From positions 5,028 through 25,049 of the forward strand of contig CAXSGP010000069.1 of the NCBI GenBank assembly GCA_964236955.1: DNA of 20,022 nucleotides, in the 5' to 3' direction. Source of the stretch: an uncultured Oligoflexus sp. Lineage in GTDB: Bacteria > Bdellovibrionota_B > Oligoflexia > Oligoflexales > Oligoflexaceae. The notes beneath the pieces are model-generated. The model was not told where the DNA came from. It ran no database searches and saw only the letters and a list, made by a program, of their open reading frames with translations. The translations under genes and the position numbers were made by a program. Below, piece by piece: positions 7,026 to 16,132 of the stretch. Each line of letters starts with the position of its first letter. The stretch's first letter is position 1.

Positions 7026-7454
7026 ATGTCAAGTCAGAAGCCGAACGCAGGCGCGCCTGTCGCTCCAACTCTCAGTCCTTCGCCAAAGGCAGCAGAGTCC
7101 GCTTCCCCCTCGTCTCCTAGTCCCTCTGCCTCAAGCCCTGTGCCGCGCAAAATGAAAGAAGGTTGGGTATCAAAGCTGGAAACTTTGATCTTGGGCCGTG
7201 AAAAAAGAGATGAGGTGATCGATGATTCCGTCACGCCGGGGACGACAGTGGATATCGTTTTCATACCAACCGTTCAGGGTCTTGTTACATTCAAGGTGAG
7301 AGCTGACACAAGTTGTAAAGCCGTTCAGGAACTCCTGGTTGCTGCCGCGGTTCCCGGAGTTAAGCTTGAAGTCATCCCCGGTCCGCGCGGTGGCCTCAGG
7401 TTAGGCGTCAATGGTAAGTTCAACCCTAAGTTGAATCTTTTTGTAAAAAAATAG
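7026..7454 (+). CDS. Hypothetical protein with Ser/Pro-rich N-terminus
   Basis: SD AGGAG at 7016-20. 142 aa with a globular-looking C-terminal half. Confidence 0.7.
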   Translation: MSSQKPNAGAPVAPTLSPSPKAAESASPSSPSPSASSPVPRKMKEGWVSKLETLILGREKRDEVIDDSVTPGTTVDIVFIPTVQGLVTFKVRADTSCKAVQELLVAAAVPGVKLEVIPGPRGGLRLGVNGKFNPKLNLFVKK

Positions 7455-7495
7455 TGTGTTCTGACTGAAAAATAGCAAGAGGCTGACGCTTCTAT

Positions 7496-8659
7496 TCAGG
7501 CACTGCGAGCATGAATTTTCATTTCCTCGATTATGGTTTTTTTGGCTTTGAGCTGTAAGGCCGCCAAGCTCAAACCGCCGCCGGCGCCGTCGATGAAGTG
7601 GGCGTGCTCGTGCCCCTGGGCTGATTGGAAATGGCAAGTCATGACAGTAGCATCGGAAGCATGAATCCCGTAGATTACTTTGTTATTTTGCGAAAGGCCT
7701 TCGAGTTTGGCAAGCAGCTTATTTTCTTCTCCGCTCGTCAAATCGATGACGAGACGAAGCGTCCCGTCCATTTTGATCCAATCGGATTGTTCCAGCATTT
7801 TCTGGGTATATTCCGAAGGCTTTCCAATAATGGAATTGTTGATGTTGAAGCGAAAGAGAAAAGTTCCTATGAGGCTCTCGACGATCGTCTTTATTCGCCA
7901 TTTCAAGCGCTTGAAAAGGCTTCCATTTTTGCTTTGGATTTTCGCTTCGCTGCGCCAGGTAGGACTGAGCCAGGGACGGTTTTCATTTTGAACTGAGATG
8001 GGGCGCAGGCGCAGTAGGGGGCCATCTTCCTTTAACACACCAAAGATGGCCTCGAGTATGGGATCTTCGTCGCTCAAATTCACAGTAAATTCGATGAGAA
8101 TGCTTAAAACACGGCCCCGGATGGCCTTAAAAGGCATAAGCCTGCATGATAATCCGCTTAGGTTTGCCGCATCAACGGGATGACCAAACCCCGAAGGGGG
8201 CAGAGGGGGATCGAGACGTTTCACTTCCGCTTCTGCCAGCGCAATGCCGCGGCCCCTAAAAAAAGGTAAATACTCCGTTGCGCTCCAGGATAGAAAACCG
8301 AAGTGGACATCTTCCCCTTTGCCGCGAATCTCCTTTATGCTCATGGAGCCGACCAATAGATTCAGTCCGAGCGTTGAATGGGTGAGGTCCTGAACCCCTT
8401 TCAAAATATGAAGGCAAAGATCAAGGTCACCAGGACCCACGAGAAAGCAAGCGCCGTCTCCACCAAAGACATAAGGAACGCGCAGGGGAGAGAAGACGTT
8501 GCGCATAGCAGCAACACACGCGGCACCGGCGAGATTCACATCGCGGTATCGCCCCTCTTGAATAGCCACTGTCGATCCCCGCACATCGGCAATAACCACG
8601 AAAGAATCGTCAGGGGCGGGCTTGGCGGCAGTGATGTGCGAAAGATTTTCGTATTTCAT
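7496..8659 (-). CDS. DUF3095 family protein (nucleotide cyclase-like fold)
   Basis: Motifs IADVRGST.AI..GRY..VN..GAA, FGGDGA, GLSCR, K.DG.LR.VID and HFIDGAGGG. Confidence 0.85.
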   Translation of the reverse strand: MKYENLSHITAAKPAPDDSFVVIADVRGSTVAIQEGRYRDVNLAGAACVAAMRNVFSPLRVPYVFGGDGACFLVGPGDLDLCLHILKGVQDLTHSTLGLNLLVGSMSIKEIRGKGEDVHFGFLSWSATEYLPFFRGRGIALAEAEVKRLDPPLPPSGFGHPVDAANLSGLSCRLMPFKAIRGRVLSILIEFTVNLSDEDPILEAIFGVLKEDGPLLRLRPISVQNENRPWLSPTWRSEAKIQSKNGSLFKRLKWRIKTIVESLIGTFLFRFNINNSIIGKPSEYTQKMLEQSDWIKMDGTLRLVIDLTSGEENKLLAKLEGLSQNNKVIYGIHASDATVMTCHFQSAQGHEHAHFIDGAGGGLSLAALQLKAKKTIIEEMKIHARSA

Positions 8660-8852
8660 TAAAAAACACTCTCCTATCCCTATGCATGTCGCAGCCCGGA
8701 GTGAAAATTGGACGGGCCCGAGGGCGAATCTCTCAACCCTCTCGCAGGATCGGAATTTGAAGGAAAAAGATAAGATGGCCTCCTCGATAATTTTAACTTT
8801 CGCTAACGGGAAAATGAGCTGGTCCTAGACCGTAGGACATAGACTAAAAGTG

Positions 8853-9788
8853 TTAGGTTCTAAGTTGCTGAGACTTGGGTGTTTTTGAAAGGAATGCGGT
8901 AAATTCCTTGGGTAAATCCTCCTCAAACCTTAAAGGTCTTTTATCGACGGGATGTTCAAAGCCTAGCACTTTCGCATGGAGTGCAAGGCGCTTGTAGGGC
9001 CAATTTCCGTGCGAAGACCGGTGCGGCTCATAGCGCATATCGCCTAGCACTGGGTGACCCATTTCCGCGAAATGGACCCGAATCTGATTTCTTCGTCCGG
9101 TTTCCAGATTCACACTTAGCAGGCTTGCATTGGCGAAGCGCGTGACAACGCGGTAGTGAGTTATTGCCAGCTCACCTTGGGCGCTGGAGCGCTGATTGAG
9201 AGATTTATCGGATGCTAAATAGCTTTCTATCGTGCCGCTATCCCTGCTGAGCTGGCCGCTTACGATTGCTGCATATTCACGCTCAGGCTTTCGGGCCGAA
9301 AACTGTTTGATGATAGCATCGGCATATTCTTGGTTTTGGCCAAAGATCAAAAGACCAGAGGTATCCCTGTCGAGTCGGTGTACAACAGCGACTTTGCCGC
9401 GACGGGGCTGATTATGATTGATGTGGGAGGATAAAAGGTCAACGAGGGTATTGGTTTCCCGGCGATCCGTTGGGACGGTGAGTATACCCGCCTCCTTATT
9501 CACTACAATCACCGCATCATCGCAATAGACGACATTGAAGCCGCGTGTTGGACGCTTGAGAGGCTTCTCCCTATACTGTCTCTGCGGATCATAATTCAAG
9601 GCAAGCCTATCCTCTGCTTTAACCGGTATGCCGCCATCTTCACAGAGTACGCCGTTGATCGAGACGCCGCCATGTTCGATAAGGCCCCGGACTCGGGCAC
9701 GTGAAAAATTCAAGACTCTGGCGACCACGAGATCAACTCGTCCCGCATCCCTATTTAAGATTTGATAGGAAAGTTGTTTCTGAGGCAT
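8853..9788 (-). CDS. RluA/RluD family 23S rRNA pseudouridine synthase with S4 domain
   Basis: N-terminal S4-like region (RVD...SRARVRGLI..GGVSING), VNKEAG, catalytic HRLDRDTSGL, ETGRRNQIRVH, GHPVLGD and LHA. The start is uncertain (ATG 9788; the ORF extends to 9833). Confidence 0.92.
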   Translation of the reverse strand: MPQKQLSYQILNRDAGRVDLVVARVLNFSRARVRGLIEHGGVSINGVLCEDGGIPVKAEDRLALNYDPQRQYREKPLKRPTRGFNVVYCDDAVIVVNKEAGILTVPTDRRETNTLVDLLSSHINHNQPRRGKVAVVHRLDRDTSGLLIFGQNQEYADAIIKQFSARKPEREYAAIVSGQLSRDSGTIESYLASDKSLNQRSSAQGELAITHYRVVTRFANASLLSVNLETGRRNQIRVHFAEMGHPVLGDMRYEPHRSSHGNWPYKRLALHAKVLGFEHPVDKRPLRFEEDLPKEFTAFLSKTPKSQQLRT

Positions 9789-9932
9789 TGGCAGTATCCC
9801 TGACAGTGATAATCGAGACGATTCGGCAGCCAAGTTCTAGCACTGTCGCGTGCAAAAGGATTTAAAAAAGGGCAGGATTTGGGCTCGGACCCTAAGTCGG
9901 TTTGAGTGAGCCCCCCGGGTTGGCACAATGAT

Positions 9933-10691
9933 CTAGCGGTCTTTTCTATCACGGATAAACTGTCTCAGAATGATGGAGAGGACGCGAGTGTCCTTGGCAT
10001 AACGTTTCGCCAGGCGGCGCGGTTCCTGAAACAGGCGATAGGACCATTCGATTCCAGCTCGCTGCATCCATCTGGGGGCGCGGCTCACTCGGTTGGCACA
10101 GAAATCGATGGCAGCCCCCACACCTAAAAACAGGCCCCGATCAAAGCGATTGATATTCTGATGGATCCAAAGTTCTTGTTTGGGAGCACCGAGACCTACG
10201 AATATGATATCGGCTTCACTGTCCCGGATCTTCTCGACAATGCGATTGTTTTCGTCCGTGTTGTGTTCAAATCCATAGGGTGGCGAGTAGACGTCCACGA
10301 TGCGAAGTCCGGGATACTGCGACTCGAGGTTTTTCTTCGCTTCCCAGGCGACTCCTGGTCCTGCCCCTAAAAGGAAGACTTTCAAGCCTTCTTTGGCAGA
10401 GCTTTCGCAAAGGCGAGGCAGGAGATCAGCACCTGTTACCCTTTCCTTGAGTGGCTTGCCGAGGAGGCGTGAAGCCCAGACTATAGGCATTCCATCGGCA
10501 AGGGTGAGAAGAGCTCCGGAATAAACCTCACGAAAGGCGGCATTGGATTCTAGCATAACGAGATGATCGCTATTGGGCGTGACAACATAAGAACATCGTT
10601 CGGCGCGGGCGGCACGGGTGAGAGTATCTACAGCTGAGTTCAAGTCGAGTCTATCAATGCGGGCATGACCAAGGGCAAATTTTTCAGACAA
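9933..10691 (-). CDS. WecB/TagA/CpsF family glycosyltransferase
   Basis: Motifs VVTPNSDH, ADGMPIVW, ERVTGADL, FVGLGAPKQE, GVGAAIDF, RAP.WMQ..G.EW.YRL.QEPRRL..RY. Confidence 0.95.
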   Translation of the reverse strand: MSEKFALGHARIDRLDLNSAVDTLTRAARAERCSYVVTPNSDHLVMLESNAAFREVYSGALLTLADGMPIVWASRLLGKPLKERVTGADLLPRLCESSAKEGLKVFLLGAGPGVAWEAKKNLESQYPGLRIVDVYSPPYGFEHNTDENNRIVEKIRDSEADIIFVGLGAPKQELWIHQNINRFDRGLFLGVGAAIDFCANRVSRAPRWMQRAGIEWSYRLFQEPRRLAKRYAKDTRVLSIILRQFIRDRKDR

Positions 10692-10755
10692 TGGAACTTC
10701 CTCTCAAAGACTGTTGAAGTCATCAGCTGAGTGGAACTCAGCGTCAAAGCTATTA

Positions 10756-11235
10756 TTAACCCCGAATGGCAACTCTAACCAGCTCTGGATTTAGAAGCCG
10801 TTGGGCTTCCTTTGGGCAAAGGCCAACCAAGAAACCTCGTTTACCGCCGTTGATGAAGATCTTCGGTAATTCGAGTATCGACTCTTCCATGTAGACCGGA
10901 GTTTTGTTTCTCGTTCCGAAGGGGGAGGTTCCGCCGACGCGGTAGCCCGTGTGTTTCTCTGCGGCTGCCGCTGGGCAAGGGCTCACTGTCTTCACTCCGA
11001 TTACCCTCGCCAGTTCTTTAGTCGATACCTGACAGTCGCCGTGCATCAAAATTGCGAAGCAGTCTTTTTTGTCTGATTCCATGATCAAAGTTTTGATGAT
11101 GCAATGCTCGTCCATTCCCAGCTCACGGGAGGAAACCGCAGTGCCACCCTTCTCCACATAGTCGTAATGGTGGCGGGTAAAGGAGATTCTAGCGCTCTGG
11201 AGTTCGCGTATCGCCAGAGTCATGGGCATCTTCAC
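10756..11235 (-). CDS. ybaK: Cys-tRNA(Pro) deacylase (YbaK/EbsC family)
   Basis: Motifs IKTLI, A.KHTGY.VGGTSPFG and INGGKRG. GTG start with GGGAG upstream. Confidence 0.9.
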   Translation of the reverse strand: MKMPMTLAIRELQSARISFTRHHYDYVEKGGTAVSSRELGMDEHCIIKTLIMESDKKDCFAILMHGDCQVSTKELARVIGVKTVSPCPAAAAEKHTGYRVGGTSPFGTRNKTPVYMEESILELPKIFINGGKRGFLVGLCPKEAQRLLNPELVRVAIRG

Positions 11236-11264
11236 GGCAAGCTCCCTTAGATATTTTGGTGTTT

Positions 11265-11293
11265 TTGGCGGAAACGCAGGGCTGTGGTATAAT
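11265..11293 (+). promoter_or_regulatory. sigma70 promoter for the GH44-GT2 operon
   Basis: TTGGCG-N17-TATAAT with an extended TG (TGTGGTATAAT). Confidence 0.65.
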
Positions 11294-11328
11294 CTTTTCC
11301 ATCGTAATCCTTCAAAAAAGGAAGACTT

Positions 11329-12933
11329 ATGTTCAAGTGGACCATCCTGCTTGGTCTATGCTTTTCGACTGGATGCCCAGCCAACACCCTGGTGGTAAGC
11401 CTTATCAAAGCAAAAGGGGGCAATCAACCCATCGCTGAACAAAGTCATCTGATCAGCCCCTATATCTATGGATTTGGAAGTTATCTTCACGAAGATAGAA
11501 GTCAAGAAAATATTTGGGAAATGAAACCGACTGCCTACCGCTGGGGCGGCAATACCAGCTCCCGATTTAACTACCTGGCCAATAGCTGGAACAGTGGGGC
11601 CGATTGGTTCTTTCATAACTATTCGGCCAGTAAAAAATCGATTGTCGATGCGTTCATGAATGAAAACAGGGCAAGATCTGCGGCCTCGTTCATCACCTTG
11701 CCAATGATGGGTTGGATCGCTAAAGATGGAACTTCAGTAAGTTTTCCGCGGGGAAAGTTCCGGGTGCAGGACAAGTTCGAGGGAGATGCAGGCAATGGCC
11801 AAGTCGGGGATGTCAAGCTAAAAGCTGACCCGAAGGCCACCAGTGTGGCCTTAACCCCTTCCTTTGTTGCCAACTGGGTTAAAAAACTCAAGGGCCAGTT
11901 CGGCAATTATCCCCATTTCTATATCATGGATAATGAACCGATGCTCTGGCACCTAACCCACCGCGATGTGCATCCGGATCCGACGACCTACGATGGCTAC
12001 CTTAAGCTCTATGTGGACTATGCCTCGGCAGTACGGGCGGCCGATCCCGCTGCCGTTATAATCGGTCCCGCGCTTTGGGGCTGGCTGGCGATGCAGCAAT
12101 CGGCTTTCGATTCCCCAGGTCCCTGGAGCAACGGCAAGAAAAACATGGACCGGGCCAAACATGGCAACCAGCCTTTTCTGGAATGGTTCCTGGAACAGAT
12201 TATCAAAGAAGAGAAGGCGAGAGGGGTTTCCCTCCTCGATGGGATCGATGTTCACTATTATCCTGAGAAAGGGACTTGGCCAACCTCTAGTGAAAGCAGC
12301 AGCGAGGTGAGGCGTCAACTGCTTGAATCCACGCGTTCCCTTTGGGACCGTGACTATAGAGATAATAGCTGGATCAATGAAAAACTCTATTTCATTCCCC
12401 GACTAAAGGCCATGGCGGCCAAATTTAAAAAGTCGGCGAAAGTTTCCCTTGGGGAATACAATTTTCGTGGTGAGAAAGATGCTGCCGGTGCAATCGCCCA
12501 GGCCGATATCCTGGGCATCATGGGGCGCGAGGACCTTTACGCTGCCCAATATTGGGATTTTCCAATCAAAGACGGAACTCATCGCAACGCCTTTCTACTC
12601 TATAGAAATTTTGATGGCAAAGGGAGCGGTTTTGGTAACCGTTATCTTCCAAATTCAGCTGGGATAAATGCCGACTATTCGGTGTATACTGCGGAAGACA
12701 GTTCGCGCAAACGCCTGACCGTGGTGCTGCTCAATAAAAATCTCAACGATGAGAGGGAATTTGAATTGAGCTTCGCAGATTTTGGCAAAGTTAAGAGCGC
12801 GAACATCGTTGGCTGGGATGCGACCAATGATCCGGCCGTAATGAAACGTTACGAAGCGAAACTTCAGGCAACGCCGAACCTTACGATCAAGACCAAGCCT
12901 TTATCGATGCAGATTGTTGAACTGATATACTGA
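11329..12933 (+). CDS. Secreted glycoside hydrolase family 44 (endoglucanase-like)
   Basis: N-terminal signal. Motifs ISPYIYG, RWGGN..SR.N, DNEP (acid/base), W..THRDVHP, DVHYYP, TRSLWD..Y...SWI and EYN (nucleophile). Confidence 0.9.
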   Translation: MFKWTILLGLCFSTGCPANTLVVSLIKAKGGNQPIAEQSHLISPYIYGFGSYLHEDRSQENIWEMKPTAYRWGGNTSSRFNYLANSWNSGADWFFHNYSASKKSIVDAFMNENRARSAASFITLPMMGWIAKDGTSVSFPRGKFRVQDKFEGDAGNGQVGDVKLKADPKATSVALTPSFVANWVKKLKGQFGNYPHFYIMDNEPMLWHLTHRDVHPDPTTYDGYLKLYVDYASAVRAADPAAVIIGPALWGWLAMQQSAFDSPGPWSNGKKNMDRAKHGNQPFLEWFLEQIIKEEKARGVSLLDGIDVHYYPEKGTWPTSSESSSEVRRQLLESTRSLWDRDYRDNSWINEKLYFIPRLKAMAAKFKKSAKVSLGEYNFRGEKDAAGAIAQADILGIMGREDLYAAQYWDFPIKDGTHRNAFLLYRNFDGKGSGFGNRYLPNSAGINADYSVYTAEDSSRKRLTVVLLNKNLNDEREFELSFADFGKVKSANIVGWDATNDPAVMKRYEAKLQATPNLTIKTKPLSMQIVELIY

Positions 12934-12949
12934 GAATAAAGGTTAAGCC

Positions 12950-14161
12950 ATGTGGATGCTGCTCACTATCTCGACTTTCATTCTTGCCGTGATGCTGCGC
13001 TATCAGGTTTTGCTGGCCCTCATCAGCCAGGCTGCGCTCAAGCACAAGTCCAAGGAGCGGCCCCTCCGCGACTTTCCCCGCTTTATAATCCTGGTTCCCG
13101 CTCATAACGAGGAGATCGGCATTGCTGCGACGCTCGGGAGCATTCATGCTCTCGACTATCCGCGCAGCTCCTATCGTGTGATAGTCATTGCTGACAACTG
13201 CAGCGATCAGACGGCGAAGGCAGCCCGGGCGTGTGGGAGCGAAGTCTTTGAACGATTCGACGCGGATCATAAAAGCAAGGGTTACGCGCTTGAATACGCA
13301 TTGAAGAAGCTGCAGCTTGACCCAACGCCAGCGCCGGATGCGATCGTCGTTATCGACGCCGATACCCGGGTGGATAGAAAGCTTCTGCAGGCCTTTGGCA
13401 ATCGCTTGCTGGAGGGTGAGGAGTGGCTGCAGGCTTATTACAGCGTTTCGAATCCGGATGATTCCTGGCGGACGCAGCTGATGACCTACGCCTTTGGTCT
13501 GTTCAACGGCATTTGGCTTTCTGGACAGGATGTCCTTGGGCTTGGCTGTTCGCTTCGGGGTAATGGCATGGCCTTCGCCTGGAACGCGTTAAGTCGCCAG
13601 CCTTGGCGAGCCTATGGCCTGGCAGAGGATTTGGAATTTAGCTGGCACCTTCGGGTCGCCGGCGAAGCTGTGCGGTTTGTTCCTGAGGCCAGGGTCTTTG
13701 GTGAAATCATAAGTGGCAATCAAAAAGCGTCGAAGGCTCAGAGATTAAGGTGGGAGAAAGGCCGAGCCGAACTCAAAGCCAGCTTTAAAAGTCAAATTTC
13801 GCAGATGGCTGTTCCGAAATTCAAAAGATGGTTGCTTCTTTCCGACTTAAAAATGCCGCCTCTCAGTCGATGGTTGGTCCTTACGCTGTCCGGTTGGGCC
13901 GCAAGCCTTGCGGCGATTTTTATGGCGGCGGGTAACAACCTGGGAATCGCGATAGGGACCCTGCTGCTCGCGGTCTATTCGCTTGCCCTGATTTACTTTA
14001 CCCTCTATTTAAGTCTGCCCTTCACCCGATTGCATTTGCCCTGGCGCTATTTGATGGCTCTGACGAAAGCACCCTTCTACATACTTTGGAAGTTGATGCT
14101 GATGATGAGCCGAACCCCTGCTCAGTGGGTAAGAACCGAAAGAATGAAGAAAGAGGTCTGA
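12950..14161 (+). CDS. GT2 family membrane glycosyltransferase
   Basis: Motifs VPAHNEE, ADNCSD, KG.AL, DAD, GNGM, AEDLE and QRLRW, with N- and C-terminal TM helices. Confidence 0.93.
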   Translation: MWMLLTISTFILAVMLRYQVLLALISQAALKHKSKERPLRDFPRFIILVPAHNEEIGIAATLGSIHALDYPRSSYRVIVIADNCSDQTAKAARACGSEVFERFDADHKSKGYALEYALKKLQLDPTPAPDAIVVIDADTRVDRKLLQAFGNRLLEGEEWLQAYYSVSNPDDSWRTQLMTYAFGLFNGIWLSGQDVLGLGCSLRGNGMAFAWNALSRQPWRAYGLAEDLEFSWHLRVAGEAVRFVPEARVFGEIISGNQKASKAQRLRWEKGRAELKASFKSQISQMAVPKFKRWLLLSDLKMPPLSRWLVLTLSGWAASLAAIFMAAGNNLGIAIGTLLLAVYSLALIYFTLYLSLPFTRLHLPWRYLMALTKAPFYILWKLMLMMSRTPAQWVRTERMKKEV

Positions 14162-14228
14162 AGCAGAAGGGGCGCAAGGCAGGCCCATACTCTTCCCCCT
14201 CAACTCAATCTCAAGCGTGATTCCTCGC

Positions 14229-14245
14229 TTGGTACAACTCTTGCT
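14229..14245 (+). promoter_or_regulatory. Putative sigma54 -24/-12 promoter for the NYN gene
   Basis: TTGGTACAACTCTTGCT: GG(14231-32)-N10-GC(14243-44), one mismatch to TGGCAC-N5-TTGC. Confidence 0.6.
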
Positions 14246-14290
14246 TTAATGGTATTAAAGCAAGTAAGACTCTTTAACAGGGAGGTATCC

Positions 14291-15094
14291 TTGAGAGCCG
14301 TAATTTTCATCGACGGTGCGTATCTACAGACTCAGCTTAAGAACAACGGCAGCGAAGCCGACTACCTTCATATAGCTGATCACCTTTTGGCCCCACTGCG
14401 TGCGTCTTTTCCCCTCGATCTTTTGCGTTGCTATTACTATTACTGTCCTCCGTACATGTCTCAGGAGCCGACCGAAGACGAGCTTAAACGCATGGAAGTG
14501 CATGAGAATTTTGTGCGCGAATTGCAGAGTCTCGGGCGTTGGGCAATCAGGCTTGGAAAGCTGCAAAAGCGTTGGGAAGGTCAACGTGAGGTCTACGAAC
14601 AAAAGCGTGTCGACGTCCTATTGTCCGTCGATATGGTAAGGCATGCCGCAGCCGGGCACATTCAGCACGCAGTTCTGGTGGCCGGGGATAGCGATTTCGT
14701 GCCAGCAGTCGAGGCTGCGAAAGAGCATGGCGTAACGGTTTCACTTTGGTGTGGAGCTGCCAAAACTGTGCACAAAGACCTCATTGCCCTGGCCGATGAA
14801 GTCTATGCCTTTGACTGGGAAACGTTTCCCTTAATAACAGCGGCAACTGAAAATCAACGGGCGCGTCAGCGTCCGTCGGGCAATGTTATTCAGAATCAAA
14901 ACGGAAATGCCAATGCCAATACACCGGCCGGGGGGACTGCACCCTCCTCACGCCGTCGTCGTGGTGGTCAGGGCAACCGGAACAACCAGGGCAATCGACG
15001 CCCTGAACAGGCCACGGAACCTGCATCGGAGGAACCTAAGAAAACCGGATGGCGCGAACGTTTCAAAGGTTTGAGCAATAAAAAAGAAAGCTGA
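14291..15094 (+). CDS. NYN domain (LabA/DUF88, PIN-like) putative ribonuclease with disordered C-terminal tail
   Basis: Motifs FIDGAY, QKRVDV.L.VD, GDSDFVP and L...AD. TTG start at 14291 after SD GGGAGG (the ORF track starts at 14249). Confidence 0.9.
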   Translation: MRAVIFIDGAYLQTQLKNNGSEADYLHIADHLLAPLRASFPLDLLRCYYYYCPPYMSQEPTEDELKRMEVHENFVRELQSLGRWAIRLGKLQKRWEGQREVYEQKRVDVLLSVDMVRHAAAGHIQHAVLVAGDSDFVPAVEAAKEHGVTVSLWCGAAKTVHKDLIALADEVYAFDWETFPLITAATENQRARQRPSGNVIQNQNGNANANTPAGGTAPSSRRRRGGQGNRNNQGNRRPEQATEPASEEPKKTGWRERFKGLSNKKES

Positions 15095-15189
15095 TCCCAA
15101 GGCGTTTCCATCATTTGACAAGCAATCTTGCTGCGCTCGCGTTAGAATACAGCTTTGTATACTATCGCGTGGGTTTCAAAGGAGATGAC

Positions 15190-15837
15190 ATGCGTCGCGT
15201 GCTATTGTGCCTTGCATTATGTATCGCCGGTCCCTTGTTTGCAAACTCCAAAAGTTTGTTCATTAATGGTGTTTATGCCGCAACTTATGGCGACTTAAGT
15301 TGGGATAAAGGCGATTGGCAGGGAAATAATTATTCAGCCATAAGATTAAAGGCAGGTTTTCAGCTGCTGCGACTCGATTTCGTCGGATTGACTATCGGCT
15401 TTCAAAAAGTCGGGTTCTACGATGGCATTCAGAAGTGGAGTGGCGACAAAAAAATTGCTTTCGATTACCGGGGGCCGGTACTGGAGCTCCATCTTTTTCC
15501 TGATGCTCCCTTTGGATTTTCTCTCGCGGGTATGAGCGGCTCAGGTTACAGCTATCTTACCTCGCCTGAGTACTACCGGGCGAATTGTACGATTCCCGCT
15601 TGTAAAATCGATGCAGAACGTTCGTCATTGAAAGTAGGGGAAGTCACGGCCTACGTTACCGCAAAAATCAGCTACGGCCTGCAGGCTGTTTTAGGGACCG
15701 GCACCCGATCGGTTCACGGTAGTCCGAAGTATGATATTGACAGGAATCGTGACCATACCTGGGAAACGGGTACCAAGCCTGACTGGAAGGAAAGTCATTC
15801 CTTTTTCCTCTTGGGGCTAAGAGGGACGACATTGTAG
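15190..15837 (+). CDS. Secreted or outer-membrane beta-rich hypothetical protein
   Basis: ATG at 15190 after AAAGGAG. Signal peptide MRRVLLCLALCIAGPLFA, then Gly/aromatic amphipathic strands. Confidence 0.7.
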   Translation: MRRVLLCLALCIAGPLFANSKSLFINGVYAATYGDLSWDKGDWQGNNYSAIRLKAGFQLLRLDFVGLTIGFQKVGFYDGIQKWSGDKKIAFDYRGPVLELHLFPDAPFGFSLAGMSGSGYSYLTSPEYYRANCTIPACKIDAERSSLKVGEVTAYVTAKISYGLQAVLGTGTRSVHGSPKYDIDRNRDHTWETGTKPDWKESHSFFLLGLRGTTL

Positions 15838-15839
15838 TC

Positions 15840-15866
15840 AAAAAGGGACCGACGGGGTCCCTTTTT
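15840..15866. terminator. Intrinsic terminator (bidirectional form)
   Basis: AAAAAGGGACC-GACGG-GGTCCCTTTTT. Confidence 0.8.
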
Positions 15867-16132
15867 CGCTTTAGAATTTAAGAACTGACTTTGGCTTCAC
15901 CTTGACTCTTATATGCGTCAATTATGAAATGCTTCCTTATCCTATTTTTATCCAAAAATTTCCCATAATTTCATCAAATCTAGCATTTGGATTGGCGGGC
16001 CTTTAACCCTGAAGCTCTTGACATGAGAGCGTTTCGGCTCATAGAGATACATTAAATTAAGTATAAATGATTTGACCAAGCAGTCTGATAAAGGTAGTTG
16101 TCTCCTATCGAAAAATTAGCTGAGGAGTCCCT

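Noticed and set aside
14291..15094. NYN gene as part of an anti-phage or toxin-antitoxin system
   Set aside because: No partner antitoxin, defence genes or mobile-element hallmarks nearby; the context is ordinary chromosomal.
15115..15148. TTGACA ... TAGAAT sigma70 promoter
   Set aside because: The spacer is 22 bp, too long for a sigma70 promoter.
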